A stretch of DNA of 64,000 nt from Patescibacteria group bacterium. Its GTDB lineage: Bacteria; Patescibacteriota; Minisyncoccia; Phycocordibacterales; JBHPGB01. Both the position numbers and the translations under genes were made by a program. How positions within the stretch are numbered: the stretch's first letter is position 1; each line of letters begins with the position of its first letter. The notes under the pieces were generated by a model, which worked only from the letters and a program-made list of their open reading frames with translations, made no database searches and was not told where the DNA came from. Below, piece by piece: positions 10,902-21,011 of this stretch. The DNA lies in contig JBHPGB010000002.1 of NCBI GenBank assembly GCA_042571085.1, positions 6,796-70,795 of the forward strand, read 5' to 3'.

Positions 10902-12620
10902 TTATTGAATATATTTATCTACATTAATATATTTCTTTATATTAACGACCGTCTTTCTCATTGAGGCATATATTGTTTTTGATCTAAGTTGAAAGTCTTT
11001 AGGAACTCTTTTTTGAGTGGATAATAGAAGTTCAAGCTCATCAAGATTTTTAGCGAGAATGTCTGAAATTTTTTGAATGTCTCTATTAATTACCACACGG
11101 TACGCATATTTTTTCTTCTCGTTTTCATTGTAATACCAATAGCTACCTCCACCACCTACAATAATAAGGAAAGCGAGCAGCATCAATATTTCCAGTAAAG
11201 TTAAATCAATAGGACCAGCCGACAAAATATTTTTTGCACCAACTCTCAAAGTAATTTCTTCTGTAGAGTAGCTGACAGCACCTCTATTATCACGTGATGT
11301 GAATATTAATTTATATCTACCTTTATCTAGACCATCGTCAATCGTAACTTCCCATTTCCCTGAAATATCAACTTCCGCAACACCTGAATAGACCTCTTCT
11401 TCCTTTTTTGAAATAAGATAATCAACAAATTCTCCTGCAATTCCTTTACCAGAAGCATGAAAAGTATCTTCTAATGTAATGTCATCTGTAATAAAATCAA
11501 TCGTTGGCATCTCTAAAGGAAGGATTTCAAATTCCAATTCATTATCTATATGATTACCAGCTTCATCAAATACATCAACTCGTATTGTGTGTTTTCCAGG
11601 TTTTTGAGGCTTTAATGTGATTGTGGTACTTGCCAATTCATAAGGATTTTGGCCGTCAACAGAAACCATGGAATGAGAATACCCGGAAAGACTATCGCTT
11701 CCAATCCAACTCATTTCAGGTGTTGGATTATCAGAAACCAGAGATGGTGTCTTTATATCAAAAGCAATTGGAGAAGTTACATCAATAGATATTTTATAAT
11801 GAGCTACAGCACCCCAACCTTTGTTATTCTTGAATTGAACATGTATATAATGAACACCCTCATCCAAAATTCCTAAATTCTTACCTGTAAACAATTCTTC
11901 CTCAGCTTCTTGAGGCTCTGTTTTTGGTTTATTGTTTACAGAAACAGCTATCTTAATAACATCATCAGGTACATCCCAGAACACAACTGTTTCTCCTTGA
12001 TACGTATACCATCGCTCCTGATCTGCATATAAAGGTATGCTGAGATCTGGTTTTATAGGTAATTCCTTAGAAATAACAGCTTCTCTTACTATTATTTCTG
12101 GTTGTTCAATAACTTGTGGTTTTGAAACCCCTTCCACTGGGACAGTCCCTTCGCCTATTGTAATACTAAGATTTTTAACAGTATTTAAAACATTTGTTCC
12201 TTTCCCGTCATTTGCTGTGACTATTGGCTTAGATATTCTTATTTCAGCCAATCCTGAATTAAGTGTTTTAAAATTGATTCTCACGATGCGAAGATCTTCA
12301 CCTTCCAAACCGCGCGTCGTGCCACCAATAAAACTTACTGTTCCATCCTCATTTGAAAACACTGGTTCTTCCACCCAGAAATCAAAAACTGAATTTACTC
12401 TATCAACACTCACAACCTCCAAAAGATTTGGTGGAAAAGATACTACAGACTGCGCTGCGTTTATATAATCTTCATCTGTATCAACTAAGATATCTACATA
12501 AAATTCTGTTTGTGTATTAACAGTATTTTTTTCAGATGAAAAATATAGAATTGCTGCTTCTGCTTGAGCAGCAGCAGACATAAATAAAGTAACAAAAATT
12601 ATTAAAAGTATTTTTTTCAT
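10902..12620 (-). CDS. secreted, C-terminally membrane-anchored surface protein with N-terminal cohesin-like domain
   Basis: Signal peptide MKKILLIIFVTLFMSAAAQA. Cohesin-like block (EFYVDILVDTDEDYINAAQSVVSFPPNLLEVVSVD...GTVSFIGG). C-terminal TM helix plus GGGGSYWYY. Confidence 0.55.
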   Translation of the reverse strand: MKKILLIIFVTLFMSAAAQAEAAILYFSSEKNTVNTQTEFYVDILVDTDEDYINAAQSVVSFPPNLLEVVSVDRVNSVFDFWVEEPVFSNEDGTVSFIGGTTRGLEGEDLRIVRINFKTLNSGLAEIRISKPIVTANDGKGTNVLNTVKNLSITIGEGTVPVEGVSKPQVIEQPEIIVREAVISKELPIKPDLSIPLYADQERWYTYQGETVVFWDVPDDVIKIAVSVNNKPKTEPQEAEEELFTGKNLGILDEGVHYIHVQFKNNKGWGAVAHYKISIDVTSPIAFDIKTPSLVSDNPTPEMSWIGSDSLSGYSHSMVSVDGQNPYELASTTITLKPQKPGKHTIRVDVFDEAGNHIDNELEFEILPLEMPTIDFITDDITLEDTFHASGKGIAGEFVDYLISKKEEEVYSGVAEVDISGKWEVTIDDGLDKGRYKLIFTSRDNRGAVSYSTEEITLRVGAKNILSAGPIDLTLLEILMLLAFLIIVGGGGSYWYYNENEKKKYAYRVVINRDIQKISDILAKNLDELELLLSTQKRVPKDFQLRSKTIYASMRKTVVNIKKYINVDKYIQ

Positions 12621-12622
12621 AT

Positions 12623-15346
12623 TTATATTTTAGACATTGATTTTAGAAAAATACTAAAATCGCTAATATTAATTATACCATTATTATCAAAATCAAGTGC
12701 ATTACGCAGTGGATTATTTTCGTCTCCCCATCTAAAAAGAAAGATACTCCAATCTGTAATATCAATTGCATCATCATCGTTCAAATCTGTATTTGCTGAT
12801 ACTTGTCCAGAAACTTTAAAAGTTATCGGATATGAATACGTACTTGTTATTTCGTTCCAAGTTTGTCTGACTTTTGCAAAATAAATACCCTCTTCAATTT
12901 CGGATGCGGGAATTTCAAATAAATATGAACCATCTGAACCAGCATCTGTTTCAAACTTATAAGTCCCATCCAAACTAAGCTCCACAACACTATTTGCAGC
13001 CGTATGACCAAACACAATCAAGTTTTCACTGAGATTTAAGTATTCCTTTTCAATACTTATTGTTGGTGACATGAGAATATTTTCAACAACAAGACTTCGC
13101 TCTGAATTAAAATCAACCCTGAAAGACATTATTCCGGTTTCGTGCTCATCTTTATCTACTGCTTTTAAAGTAATGAAATATTTACCTGTCAGAAGTGCCG
13201 TATAATCGATATAAAATTCTCCATTTTCTGTAATCCTATTTATGGCAATGGGGATATTTTGAAAAGAAGGATTGACATCATTTACCATTGAAACTAAAAT
13301 TTGGCTTCTAGGAAAAGCTTGCCCGGAAAATCTAATTTTTGTTGCAGCAGATCCGCCGCCGCCTTCTAGTACGGTTATAGATGGTCCTTCTAGTGTTGTT
13401 TCATTTGTAACATTGGAGAGTGCTGACTCATTAGGTGCCTCATCTGAAGTTTTCATTGCAAAATAATATGTCGTACCTGAATTCAAACTAGAAACGGTCA
13501 TTGATTCGCCAGTACCTGCAATAGACGGAGTCGGTTCTCCTGTGGCCTGTGTCGCACTACCCCAATTACCATCATTAATAGTTGCTGTGGAATATCTCAC
13601 GTCATATGTTGTCGCAGTGCCACTAGATCCATCGTCTCCTGGAGCAGTCCAAGACAAATCTATCGCGTAACTAGCTGGGTTAGAAGCAGCAAGATCGGAA
13701 ACAGCTGCTGGTGGTGTGGAATCTCCAGATGAGGTTGTGGTATCACTCGCTACATTTGAAAGCCCTGACTCATTGGGAACTTCATCAGAAGTCTTCATTG
13801 CAAAATAATATGTTGTGCCAGCGCTCAGACCTGTGACAGTCATTGATTCGGCTGTACTTGCAACAGACGGTGATGGTTCATCCGGAACTACAGGTGTAGC
13901 GGAAGCCCAGTTGCCATCATTAATAGTTGCTGTGGAATATCTAATATCATATGTAGTCGCTGTGCCACTAGATCCATCGTCTCCTGGAGCAGTCCAATCT
14001 AAATCAATAGTAGTATCTGTTGGAGATGATGCTGCTAAATCTGAAGTGGTTGATGGTGGAGTTGAATCTCCAGACACCCCTGTTGCAGCACTCGTAACAT
14101 TAGAAAGTCCGGATTCATTTGGTACTTCATCTGAGGTCTTCATTGCAAAGTAGTACGTAGTATCTGCACTTAGTCCAGTAACTGTCATTGATTCAGCAGT
14201 ACTAGCAACGGATGGTGATGGCTCATCTGGAACAACAGGAGTTGCTGAGGCCCAGTTGCCGTCGTTGATAGTTGCGGTTGAGTATCTAATATCATAAGTA
14301 GTGGCAGTACCTGTACTTCCATCATCTCCAGGGGCTGTCCAATCAAGATCTATAGTAGAAGTAGTCGGGCCAGAAGCTGTAAGATCAGAAGTGGTTGCCG
14401 GTGGAGTTGAATCACCAGCAGGACTTGTTGCAGCACTCGTCACATTAGAAAGCGCAGACTCGTTTGGAACCTCATCTGATGTTTTCATTGCAAAATAGTA
14501 TGTTGTGCCAGCACTCAGACCTGTGACAGTCATTGATTCGGCTGTACTTGCAACAGACGGTGATGGTTCATCCGGAACTACAGGAGTTGCTGAGGCCCAG
14601 TTGCCGTCGTTGATAGTTGCGGTTGAGTATCTAATATCATAAGTAGTGGCAGTACCTGTACTTCCATCATCTCCAGGGGCTGTCCAGTCTAGATCTATAG
14701 TCGTGCTTGTTGGACCAGAAGCAGTCAGATCAGAGGTTGTTGCTGGTGGAGTCGAGTCTGCCGGGGTGTAGGTGATAACTGTTTTTAATTGAGAAATCCT
14801 CACATCCTTACCTGCGCTTGTGTCAATAATACCAATCTCTATATCACTCCCACTTGCTTTAGTATGACTCACTGAAAAAGACTGCGTTGCTTCTGCATAA
14901 CTATTCCCTGTTGTAAGATCTGCTCCAGAACTTGTACAGGCACCATCAAAACAATAACGAGTCTGAAATGTACCACCATTTGAACCCTCTTTAAAATAAC
15001 AAGCAGTAACATCTATATTAGTAATGGATGCACCATCTGGAATACCTGATTCATCAATATCAAACGTTTGACTCACGTCAACACCGTTACTATATATGTA
15101 TGAAATATCTCCATCCGAATTAGCACATTCAGCGCCAGTGGTTTCATCAACTTCCAAATAACAATCAGCGGCATTACATGCTGTAGCACCGGTATTTAAC
15201 CAACTTGCACTGTCTTCTCCACCATCAGCGGACGGCATCAAAGAAGAGGTAACGTCTGCAGACACACTAACAACCATTATTGCGATCCAAGCAATAATAA
15301 AAGCGCCTAAAAAAATGGAGAATTTTTTGATTTCAAATTTAATCAT
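12623..15346 (-). CDS. large surface protein with 4 tandem fibronectin type III-like repeats and a C-terminal type-I dockerin module
   Basis: N-terminal signal/TM. Four roughly 115-aa near-identical repeats (TPPATTSDL...TTYYFAMKTSDEVPNES). C-terminal duplicated Ca-binding dockerin repeats DLNDDDAIDITDWSIFL and DFDNNGIINISDFSIFL. Confidence 0.7.
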   Translation of the reverse strand: MIKFEIKKFSIFLGAFIIAWIAIMVVSVSADVTSSLMPSADGGEDSASWLNTGATACNAADCYLEVDETTGAECANSDGDISYIYSNGVDVSQTFDIDESGIPDGASITNIDVTACYFKEGSNGGTFQTRYCFDGACTSSGADLTTGNSYAEATQSFSVSHTKASGSDIEIGIIDTSAGKDVRISQLKTVITYTPADSTPPATTSDLTASGPTSTTIDLDWTAPGDDGSTGTATTYDIRYSTATINDGNWASATPVVPDEPSPSVASTAESMTVTGLSAGTTYYFAMKTSDEVPNESALSNVTSAATSPAGDSTPPATTSDLTASGPTTSTIDLDWTAPGDDGSTGTATTYDIRYSTATINDGNWASATPVVPDEPSPSVASTAESMTVTGLSADTTYYFAMKTSDEVPNESGLSNVTSAATGVSGDSTPPSTTSDLAASSPTDTTIDLDWTAPGDDGSSGTATTYDIRYSTATINDGNWASATPVVPDEPSPSVASTAESMTVTGLSAGTTYYFAMKTSDEVPNESGLSNVASDTTTSSGDSTPPAAVSDLAASNPASYAIDLSWTAPGDDGSSGTATTYDVRYSTATINDGNWGSATQATGEPTPSIAGTGESMTVSSLNSGTTYYFAMKTSDEAPNESALSNVTNETTLEGPSITVLEGGGGSAATKIRFSGQAFPRSQILVSMVNDVNPSFQNIPIAINRITENGEFYIDYTALLTGKYFITLKAVDKDEHETGIMSFRVDFNSERSLVVENILMSPTISIEKEYLNLSENLIVFGHTAANSVVELSLDGTYKFETDAGSDGSYLFEIPASEIEEGIYFAKVRQTWNEITSTYSYPITFKVSGQVSANTDLNDDDAIDITDWSIFLFRWGDENNPLRNALDFDNNGIINISDFSIFLKSMSKI
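13390..14765. repeat. four tandem direct repeats of about 345 bp (FN3-repeat coding units)
   Basis: Repeat anchors TTCATTGCAAA(A/G)TA at about 13452, 13794, 14140 and 14485 (spacing 341-346 bp). Units 1-3 are nearly identical at nucleotide level. Confidence 0.8.
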
Positions 15347-15391
15347 TAAAATACCAGACTTGTTCCCCGCGCAAAAAACAAATCGTATTAA

Positions 15392-15829
15392 TTATTTTAA
15401 AAAACTCTTTACCTTATCAATAATTTCAGCAACAGAATGTTTGGACTTAACAATATAATCATCAGCCCCCAAACTTAATCCTTTTTTAACATCATCATCA
15501 CTCCCAAGAGCAGTTATAATGATAACTGGAATATTTTTTGTATGGGAATCTTTTTTAATTTTTGTTAATATGTCAAAGCCGTGAACTTCAGGAAGCATAA
15601 GGTCCAATAAAATCAACTCCGGAAGCTCAGTCCTAACCATTCTTAATGCATCACCGCCAGAAAATACAGGCTTAACTGTAAACCCGGATTTTTCTAATTC
15701 ACCACTTATAACCTGAGACAAGGTTTTGTCATCTTCTATAAATAGAATTTTTTTACCTGATGTAATCGGCTCATTTATTTCGTCTATTTTATTTATTTCA
15801 TTTGTTTCGTTTACTTCTTCCATATTCAT
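15392..15829 (-). CDS. single-domain response regulator (REC only) with N-terminal EINE repeats
   Basis: CheY-like fold residues: acidic pocket EDD, phospho-acceptor D in ILLDLMLP, conserved K in YIVKS. No output domain. Confidence 0.75.
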   Translation of the reverse strand: MNMEEVNETNEINKIDEINEPITSGKKILFIEDDKTLSQVISGELEKSGFTVKPVFSGGDALRMVRTELPELILLDLMLPEVHGFDILTKIKKDSHTKNIPVIIITALGSDDDVKKGLSLGADDYIVKSKHSVAEIIDKVKSFLK

Positions 15830-15965
15830 TTAATTATACTAGAGTTTTTCATAAGTTCCCAGTATTATGCCGTGTATTATCCACACAAAACAAAAAGCAC
15901 TCTTGTGAAGTACTTTTTTAAAACACTATTGTAAACTTTAGATGTTTACTACGGTTTTGTGTATC

Positions 15966-16352
15966 TTATCTTTTGTGTATGTTATCAAAAAATTCTGTAA
16001 CCTTTTCTACAATTTCTGCTACTGCGTGTTGCGCCTTCACAATGTAATCATCCGCACCTAATTGAATTCCTTTTTTAATATCCTCATCACTACCGAGCAT
16101 GGTAATAATAATTACTGGAATCTCTTTTGTTTCGGGAGATTGTTTCAATTGCTGCAACACATCAAAACCATGTTTTTTGGGAAGTACTAGATCAAGTAGT
16201 ATTAAATCTGGTTTTTCTGACTTTATTATATCCCAAGCCTCTTCACCGTTGTATGCATTTGCTACCTCAAAACCAGCATCAGATAATTCCTCATAAACAA
16301 CTTTTGATAAAATTTTGTCGTCTTCAACCAAGACTATATTTCCTTTTTTCAT
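15966..16352 (-). CDS. single-domain response regulator (REC only)
   Basis: VLVEDD, LILLDLVLP, YIVKA motifs. 128 aa. Confidence 0.75.
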   Translation of the reverse strand: MKKGNIVLVEDDKILSKVVYEELSDAGFEVANAYNGEEAWDIIKSEKPDLILLDLVLPKKHGFDVLQQLKQSPETKEIPVIIITMLGSDEDIKKGIQLGADDYIVKAQHAVAEIVEKVTEFFDNIHKR

Positions 16353-16421
16353 AATAATTAATTTAATCGATAATTTGCTGTAATTATATACTGGACATTA
16401 TAACATGATTATCTGGATTTG

Positions 16422-18803
16422 TTATGCAAGTTTTTTTCCACCTTTTTTAGATACTGTAGATACTGATTTTATGGGCAATTCCACAAAGAATGTGGTCCCC
16501 TTATCTTCAACAGATTCAAACCATATTTTTCCACCAAGAAGATCGACGGCTTTTTTGGCTATGTACAAACCAAGACCAGTTCCTGATGTGTTTGTAAGTT
16601 TTGCGTTGTCACCCCTTGTAAATTTATCGAAAATGGTTTTCTGCGCGCTTATTGGAATACCTATACCAGTATCCTTAACAGTAAAAGTGAATGTTTTGTT
16701 ATCTTTTTTCTTTAGGACAATTTCTATCTTACCACCTTCGGGTGTATATTCAAGCGCATTTGAAATCAAAGATTGTATTATATTTCGCAAAGCACCCTTA
16801 TCTGTAAGTATTTCCAATGAATCTGGATGCTCGTCAAAAGTTATAGTTAAGCTTTTCTTTGTTGTCATTGGTACTATTTCATTCAAATATCTTTTCAAAA
16901 GATCAACAAGTTCTATCGGTTGGACTTGTACCTCTACAGCACCACCCTCAATACGAGATACATTAAGCAATATATCAACAAGTTCGGAAAGCTCTTCGGT
17001 GCTTGAGTGAATATCTTCAAGATATTCTTTTCCTTTTTTTGAAACCTTTTCTTTTTTCAAGAAATGTTCTATTACCCACCTGATACCGGTGATTGGTGTT
17101 CTCAACTGATGAGATGCTGTCGAAATGAAGTCCGTTTCCATTTTGTCAATTTCCCTTTCTCTAGTTACATCTCGAAAAACAACTACACAACCAAGAATTT
17201 TTCCATCCAGATCTTTTATCGGAGCAGCGCTATCATCAACAGGTATTTCCACTCCATCTTTATTGATTATTAAAGCGTCCTTTTCTATCTTTGTCTTTTC
17301 CCCCATTTGCATTGCTTTTGCAATAAAATCCTCAACTGGGGTTTTTTCAACCTCTGATATAAATTTAAGATACTTATCGTAATGCCTACCAGTAACTTCA
17401 CTAGCTGTAAAGCCAGTTAATTCTTCAGCAACGGCATTAAACAGCATAATCTTTCCATCTCCATCACAAGCCATAAGCGCATCACCAATGGAAGCCAAGA
17501 TTGCCTCATCTTTACTTTTTTCTTCTGCCAATTCCTGATTCTTTATATTCACATCTTCAGCGATATTTAACATTGCCTCTTTGACCCCTTCCAGATCTGT
17601 TATTTTTGCGGCCAACTCTTCTGTTCTCTTTTCAACCTTTTGCTCCAAACCAGCAGCGTATTCCTGTACCTTATCTTGAGATTGTCTCAGATCAGCTGAC
17701 ATTTTATCAAACGCCTTACCTAATTGAGAGACGTCATCACCCTCTTTATCATCGGCATTAGTGATTGATCCTACATCTTCTTGAAGCTCTTTAATAGGGC
17801 GGGCGATTATTTTCGCAAATAAAATCGCTGCAACAATAATAAAGAAGGCAAATAATGCGATCATAAATCCAAGCAGGAATCTCATACTAGCAATTGGAGA
17901 AAAAGCATCTTCCGTCTTAATTTCGGCCAACAACTTCCATCCTTCCTCTAGACACATAGATGCACCAATCACTTCTTCTGCTTTATGATTTGTGTAGATA
18001 TCAATAACCTCTACAGCATGAGAACATTGTTGTACCGGGTATGTGTTGATCACAAAATCATTTTCATCTTCTGAAATAAATGGATTAATAAATGCTATAT
18101 TGTCTTCGTTTACTATATATATTTTTAAAATTCCTGATAATTCTGAAAAGGTTTCTTCGAATATACCACTTCTGCTAAAATTAAATTGATTTGAAAAAAC
18201 ATTTCGAATATCATCAATATCAAATACATTTGCAATAACACCAATAATTTCTCTAGTGTTATCATCTTCAATAGGGGCAGTAACAACAAAAATATCTTTA
18301 ATTCCAAAATGTACATGCCTTTTGAGTTCTGTTGCAAATGAAATAGATTCCTTGCCATTAATAAAATAGGACTCATTGGATTCATTTTTACCAATTTCAC
18401 TATTGTCCGTTGAAGAAATAATTACACCATTCAAATCCATAATAAAAATGCCTTTGATGTTTTCATCCAATGGTTTTTTATTTTTTATTAAATGGTTGTT
18501 GAGATTTATTATTGAATTTTCTGTGTCATCACCAGATAAAATTTGTGTAAGACTATTTTTAATGAATTCGTCTAATGCAAAATCAGCTGTCCTGCCTTTG
18601 GTCGATTCTAAGTACATTTCAAGCTGGTGCTCTTGTGCCTCAGCCAAAAGCACGATCTTGTTGAAGATTTCAGTTTTTAAATTATCTCTAGTTTCTCGTA
18701 TACTTAAAACACCAAAAATTATTAGTGGTAATAATCCAACTAATAAAAAAGTAACCAGTAATTTTATATTAAAACTCCTTATGTGTGGTTTTTTTATTTT
18801 CAT
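16422..18803 (-). CDS. membrane sensor histidine kinase (TM / extracellular sensor / HAMP / PAS / HisKA / HATPase_c)
   Basis: Two TM helices. H-box ASHQLRTPITGIRW. PAS-like segment. G-box GTGLGLYIAKK. Confidence 0.8.
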   Translation of the reverse strand: MKIKKPHIRSFNIKLLVTFLLVGLLPLIIFGVLSIRETRDNLKTEIFNKIVLLAEAQEHQLEMYLESTKGRTADFALDEFIKNSLTQILSGDDTENSIINLNNHLIKNKKPLDENIKGIFIMDLNGVIISSTDNSEIGKNESNESYFINGKESISFATELKRHVHFGIKDIFVVTAPIEDDNTREIIGVIANVFDIDDIRNVFSNQFNFSRSGIFEETFSELSGILKIYIVNEDNIAFINPFISEDENDFVINTYPVQQCSHAVEVIDIYTNHKAEEVIGASMCLEEGWKLLAEIKTEDAFSPIASMRFLLGFMIALFAFFIIVAAILFAKIIARPIKELQEDVGSITNADDKEGDDVSQLGKAFDKMSADLRQSQDKVQEYAAGLEQKVEKRTEELAAKITDLEGVKEAMLNIAEDVNIKNQELAEEKSKDEAILASIGDALMACDGDGKIMLFNAVAEELTGFTASEVTGRHYDKYLKFISEVEKTPVEDFIAKAMQMGEKTKIEKDALIINKDGVEIPVDDSAAPIKDLDGKILGCVVVFRDVTREREIDKMETDFISTASHQLRTPITGIRWVIEHFLKKEKVSKKGKEYLEDIHSSTEELSELVDILLNVSRIEGGAVEVQVQPIELVDLLKRYLNEIVPMTTKKSLTITFDEHPDSLEILTDKGALRNIIQSLISNALEYTPEGGKIEIVLKKKDNKTFTFTVKDTGIGIPISAQKTIFDKFTRGDNAKLTNTSGTGLGLYIAKKAVDLLGGKIWFESVEDKGTTFFVELPIKSVSTVSKKGGKKLA

Positions 18804-18822
18804 AAAAAAATAACTAAACTTA

Positions 18823-19539
18823 TTATATACTGAACAGTAACTTAATACCTATTAAAAACAGAGCAATTAACACAACTTTTCTAAATGTTTCTGTAGGTAT
18901 TTTCTGTACTATTTTTTTGCCAAAAAGTGTCCCGACAAATGCGATTATTATCAAAATTGGTATGTAATAATAATGCATCGTATCCAACACTATACCGTCC
19001 ATTAAGTATACTGGGATTCTGGTCATATCAATCACCAATGCAATCATTGCTGATGTTGCTATATATATTTCTTTTGGTAATGAAAAAGCATTCAAAAAAA
19101 GTGAGCGTATTGCACCTCCGGTGCCAATAAGCCCGGCAAGAAAACCTGATGCCAATCCACCGCTCACAGCAACACAATTTGTTGGCTTAAATTTAACAAC
19201 ATTTACAAGAAAGGAATACGCAACAAAGGCAACAAGAAATAACCCGAAAATAACCTGTATTGTTTCTGTATTTAGTGTTGTTATAAGCTTAGCTCCAATA
19301 AAAGCCGTCAAAATACTAGGAATTCCAAATTTCAAAAATATTTTCCAATCAATCTTTTTAAAAATAGCAATCTTGGATAAATTTCCAAATAAATGAAAAA
19401 AAGCAACTAAAACAATCGCTGTTTTTATATCCAAAATCAATAAGCTAAATGGAATTAAAATTGTCGACGTGCCGAAACCAGCCACAGCACTAATTGTGGT
19501 GGCTATAAAAGCTATTATAAAAAAGAAAATGTGCTCCAT
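18823..19539 (-). CDS. TauE/SafE (DUF81) family membrane permease
   Basis: Polytopic membrane protein with internal duplication and the GxGGG motifs typical of sulfite-exporter TauE/SafE. Confidence 0.6.
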   Translation of the reverse strand: MEHIFFFIIAFIATTISAVAGFGTSTILIPFSLLILDIKTAIVLVAFFHLFGNLSKIAIFKKIDWKIFLKFGIPSILTAFIGAKLITTLNTETIQVIFGLFLVAFVAYSFLVNVVKFKPTNCVAVSGGLASGFLAGLIGTGGAIRSLFLNAFSLPKEIYIATSAMIALVIDMTRIPVYLMDGIVLDTMHYYYIPILIIIAFVGTLFGKKIVQKIPTETFRKVVLIALFLIGIKLLFSI

Positions 19540-19591
19540 AAAAAATATTGGTGCGAGGTATAAAGAGAGATTTTATTTTTATATATTCTGT

Positions 19592-19972
19592 CTATTTAAT
19601 CTTGCTTTCAACCATTTTTATAAGATCTTCAACAGACCACTTTGTTTTAGTAAGATAATCACTTGTTCCATATTCAACAGCTTTAGCTATTCTTTCAGAA
19701 TCACTAAGATTTGTAAGGATTATTACCTCAGCATTTTTACCCCATTCATCTTCCCGCAACTCTTTAAGCATGTCCATCCCATGCATCACAGGCATAACGA
19801 TATCAAGCAAAATAACATCTGGATGTTCAGCAAAAGCAACATCTAAACCTTCTCGTCCATTTTCAGCTTTAAATACATCGAAGCCATGGTCACTGAATTC
19901 ATTATCAAGTATTCGAAGTAACTTTTCATCATCTTCAACTATTAAAATCTTCTTTTTATCTTCTGTAGTCAT
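19592..19972 (-). CDS. single-domain response regulator (REC only, CheY-like)
   Basis: ILIVEDDE, VILLDIVMP, YLTKT motifs. 126 aa. Confidence 0.75.
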   Translation of the reverse strand: MTTEDKKKILIVEDDEKLLRILDNEFSDHGFDVFKAENGREGLDVAFAEHPDVILLDIVMPVMHGMDMLKELREDEWGKNAEVIILTNLSDSERIAKAVEYGTSDYLTKTKWSVEDLIKMVESKIK

Positions 19973-20116
19973 AAATAAATATTACGGATTAATTATTAAG
20001 TTTTTATTTGATTGCATTTATTATATCAAACAAATACGTAATAAAAAATAGTGCCTGTGTGTAACACAGGCGCTATTATGATGAAAGGGTTGGAAAACCC
20101 TTGAGTGTGTTGGAAA

Positions 20117-20896
20117 TCATTTTTTTGTTTCCTCGTAATCAAGCCAATACGAGAGACGTGAGCGTAAGCGCAGGACCGCCTGACTATGGATCTGACACGC
20201 CCGTGACTCACTGACCCCTAACACCTGACCGATCTCTCTCAAATTAAGTTCTTCATCGTAACGTAGAGTTATCGCCAAGTGTTCTCGTTCTGGTAGAGAT
20301 TTTATGGCATGATCAAGATCTTTTTTAAGCTGCTTTTTCTGCAAGTTTGCAAACGGTTCAGACATAGTATCACAAGCAACGGATGTTCTTGAAACCTTAT
20401 TATTGCGGTTGTCATTACTGTCATCATGATTATCTTCAAACAAAGCACCGTCTAAACTAAAGACCCGGCAGCTTGATACATCACTTAATACAGCATGATA
20501 ATCCTTAATCCTCATATCCAGAGCTCTGGCAACTTCCATATCACTAGCCTCGCACCCCTGCTCATTTTCAATCTCACGTCTAGCCTCCGAAATCATGCGT
20601 GCCTTGCGATATACCGATCGTGGCGTCCAGTCACTGCGCCGAATCTCATCCAGCATAGCGCCGCGAATACGGATGCCTGCATAGGTCCCAAAGCTGGCAC
20701 CCTGGCTAGGATCATAGTTTCGACTTGCCTCAAGCAAACCGAGCATTCCATTCTGGATCATATCATCCGCCTGCACATTTGGCGGCAATCGATTCATCAG
20801 ATGATAGGCAATGCGCTTCACCAACGGCGCATGCCGAGTCACCAATTCATCAAAACTAGGGGGTTCCAGTGCAACAACACTATTTATTTTACTCAT
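20117..20896 (-). CDS. fliA: RNA polymerase sigma factor, FliA/sigma-28 family; GC about 48-50% versus about 35% in flanking genes
   Basis: Translation closely resembles gammaproteobacterial FliA as I recall it (APLVKRIAYHL, DMIQNGMLGLLEA, GASFGTYAGIRIRGAMLDEIRR, YDEELNLREIGQVLGVSESRACQIHSQAVLRLRSRL). Host-like AGGGAG RBS and AT-rich flanks with terminators on both sides. Confidence 0.8.
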   Translation of the reverse strand: MSKINSVVALEPPSFDELVTRHAPLVKRIAYHLMNRLPPNVQADDMIQNGMLGLLEASRNYDPSQGASFGTYAGIRIRGAMLDEIRRSDWTPRSVYRKARMISEARREIENEQGCEASDMEVARALDMRIKDYHAVLSDVSSCRVFSLDGALFEDNHDDSNDNRNNKVSRTSVACDTMSEPFANLQKKQLKKDLDHAIKSLPEREHLAITLRYDEELNLREIGQVLGVSESRACQIHSQAVLRLRSRLSYWLDYEETKK

Positions 20897-21011
20897 GATA
20901 TTCTCCCTTTCTTTTGTGTACCTATTTCAAATATATGTAAAACAGTCTCATGTGTCAAGGAAAAAATCCCACCAGAATTTTGGTGGGATTTTTCTATAAA
21001 TAACTCAAGCT

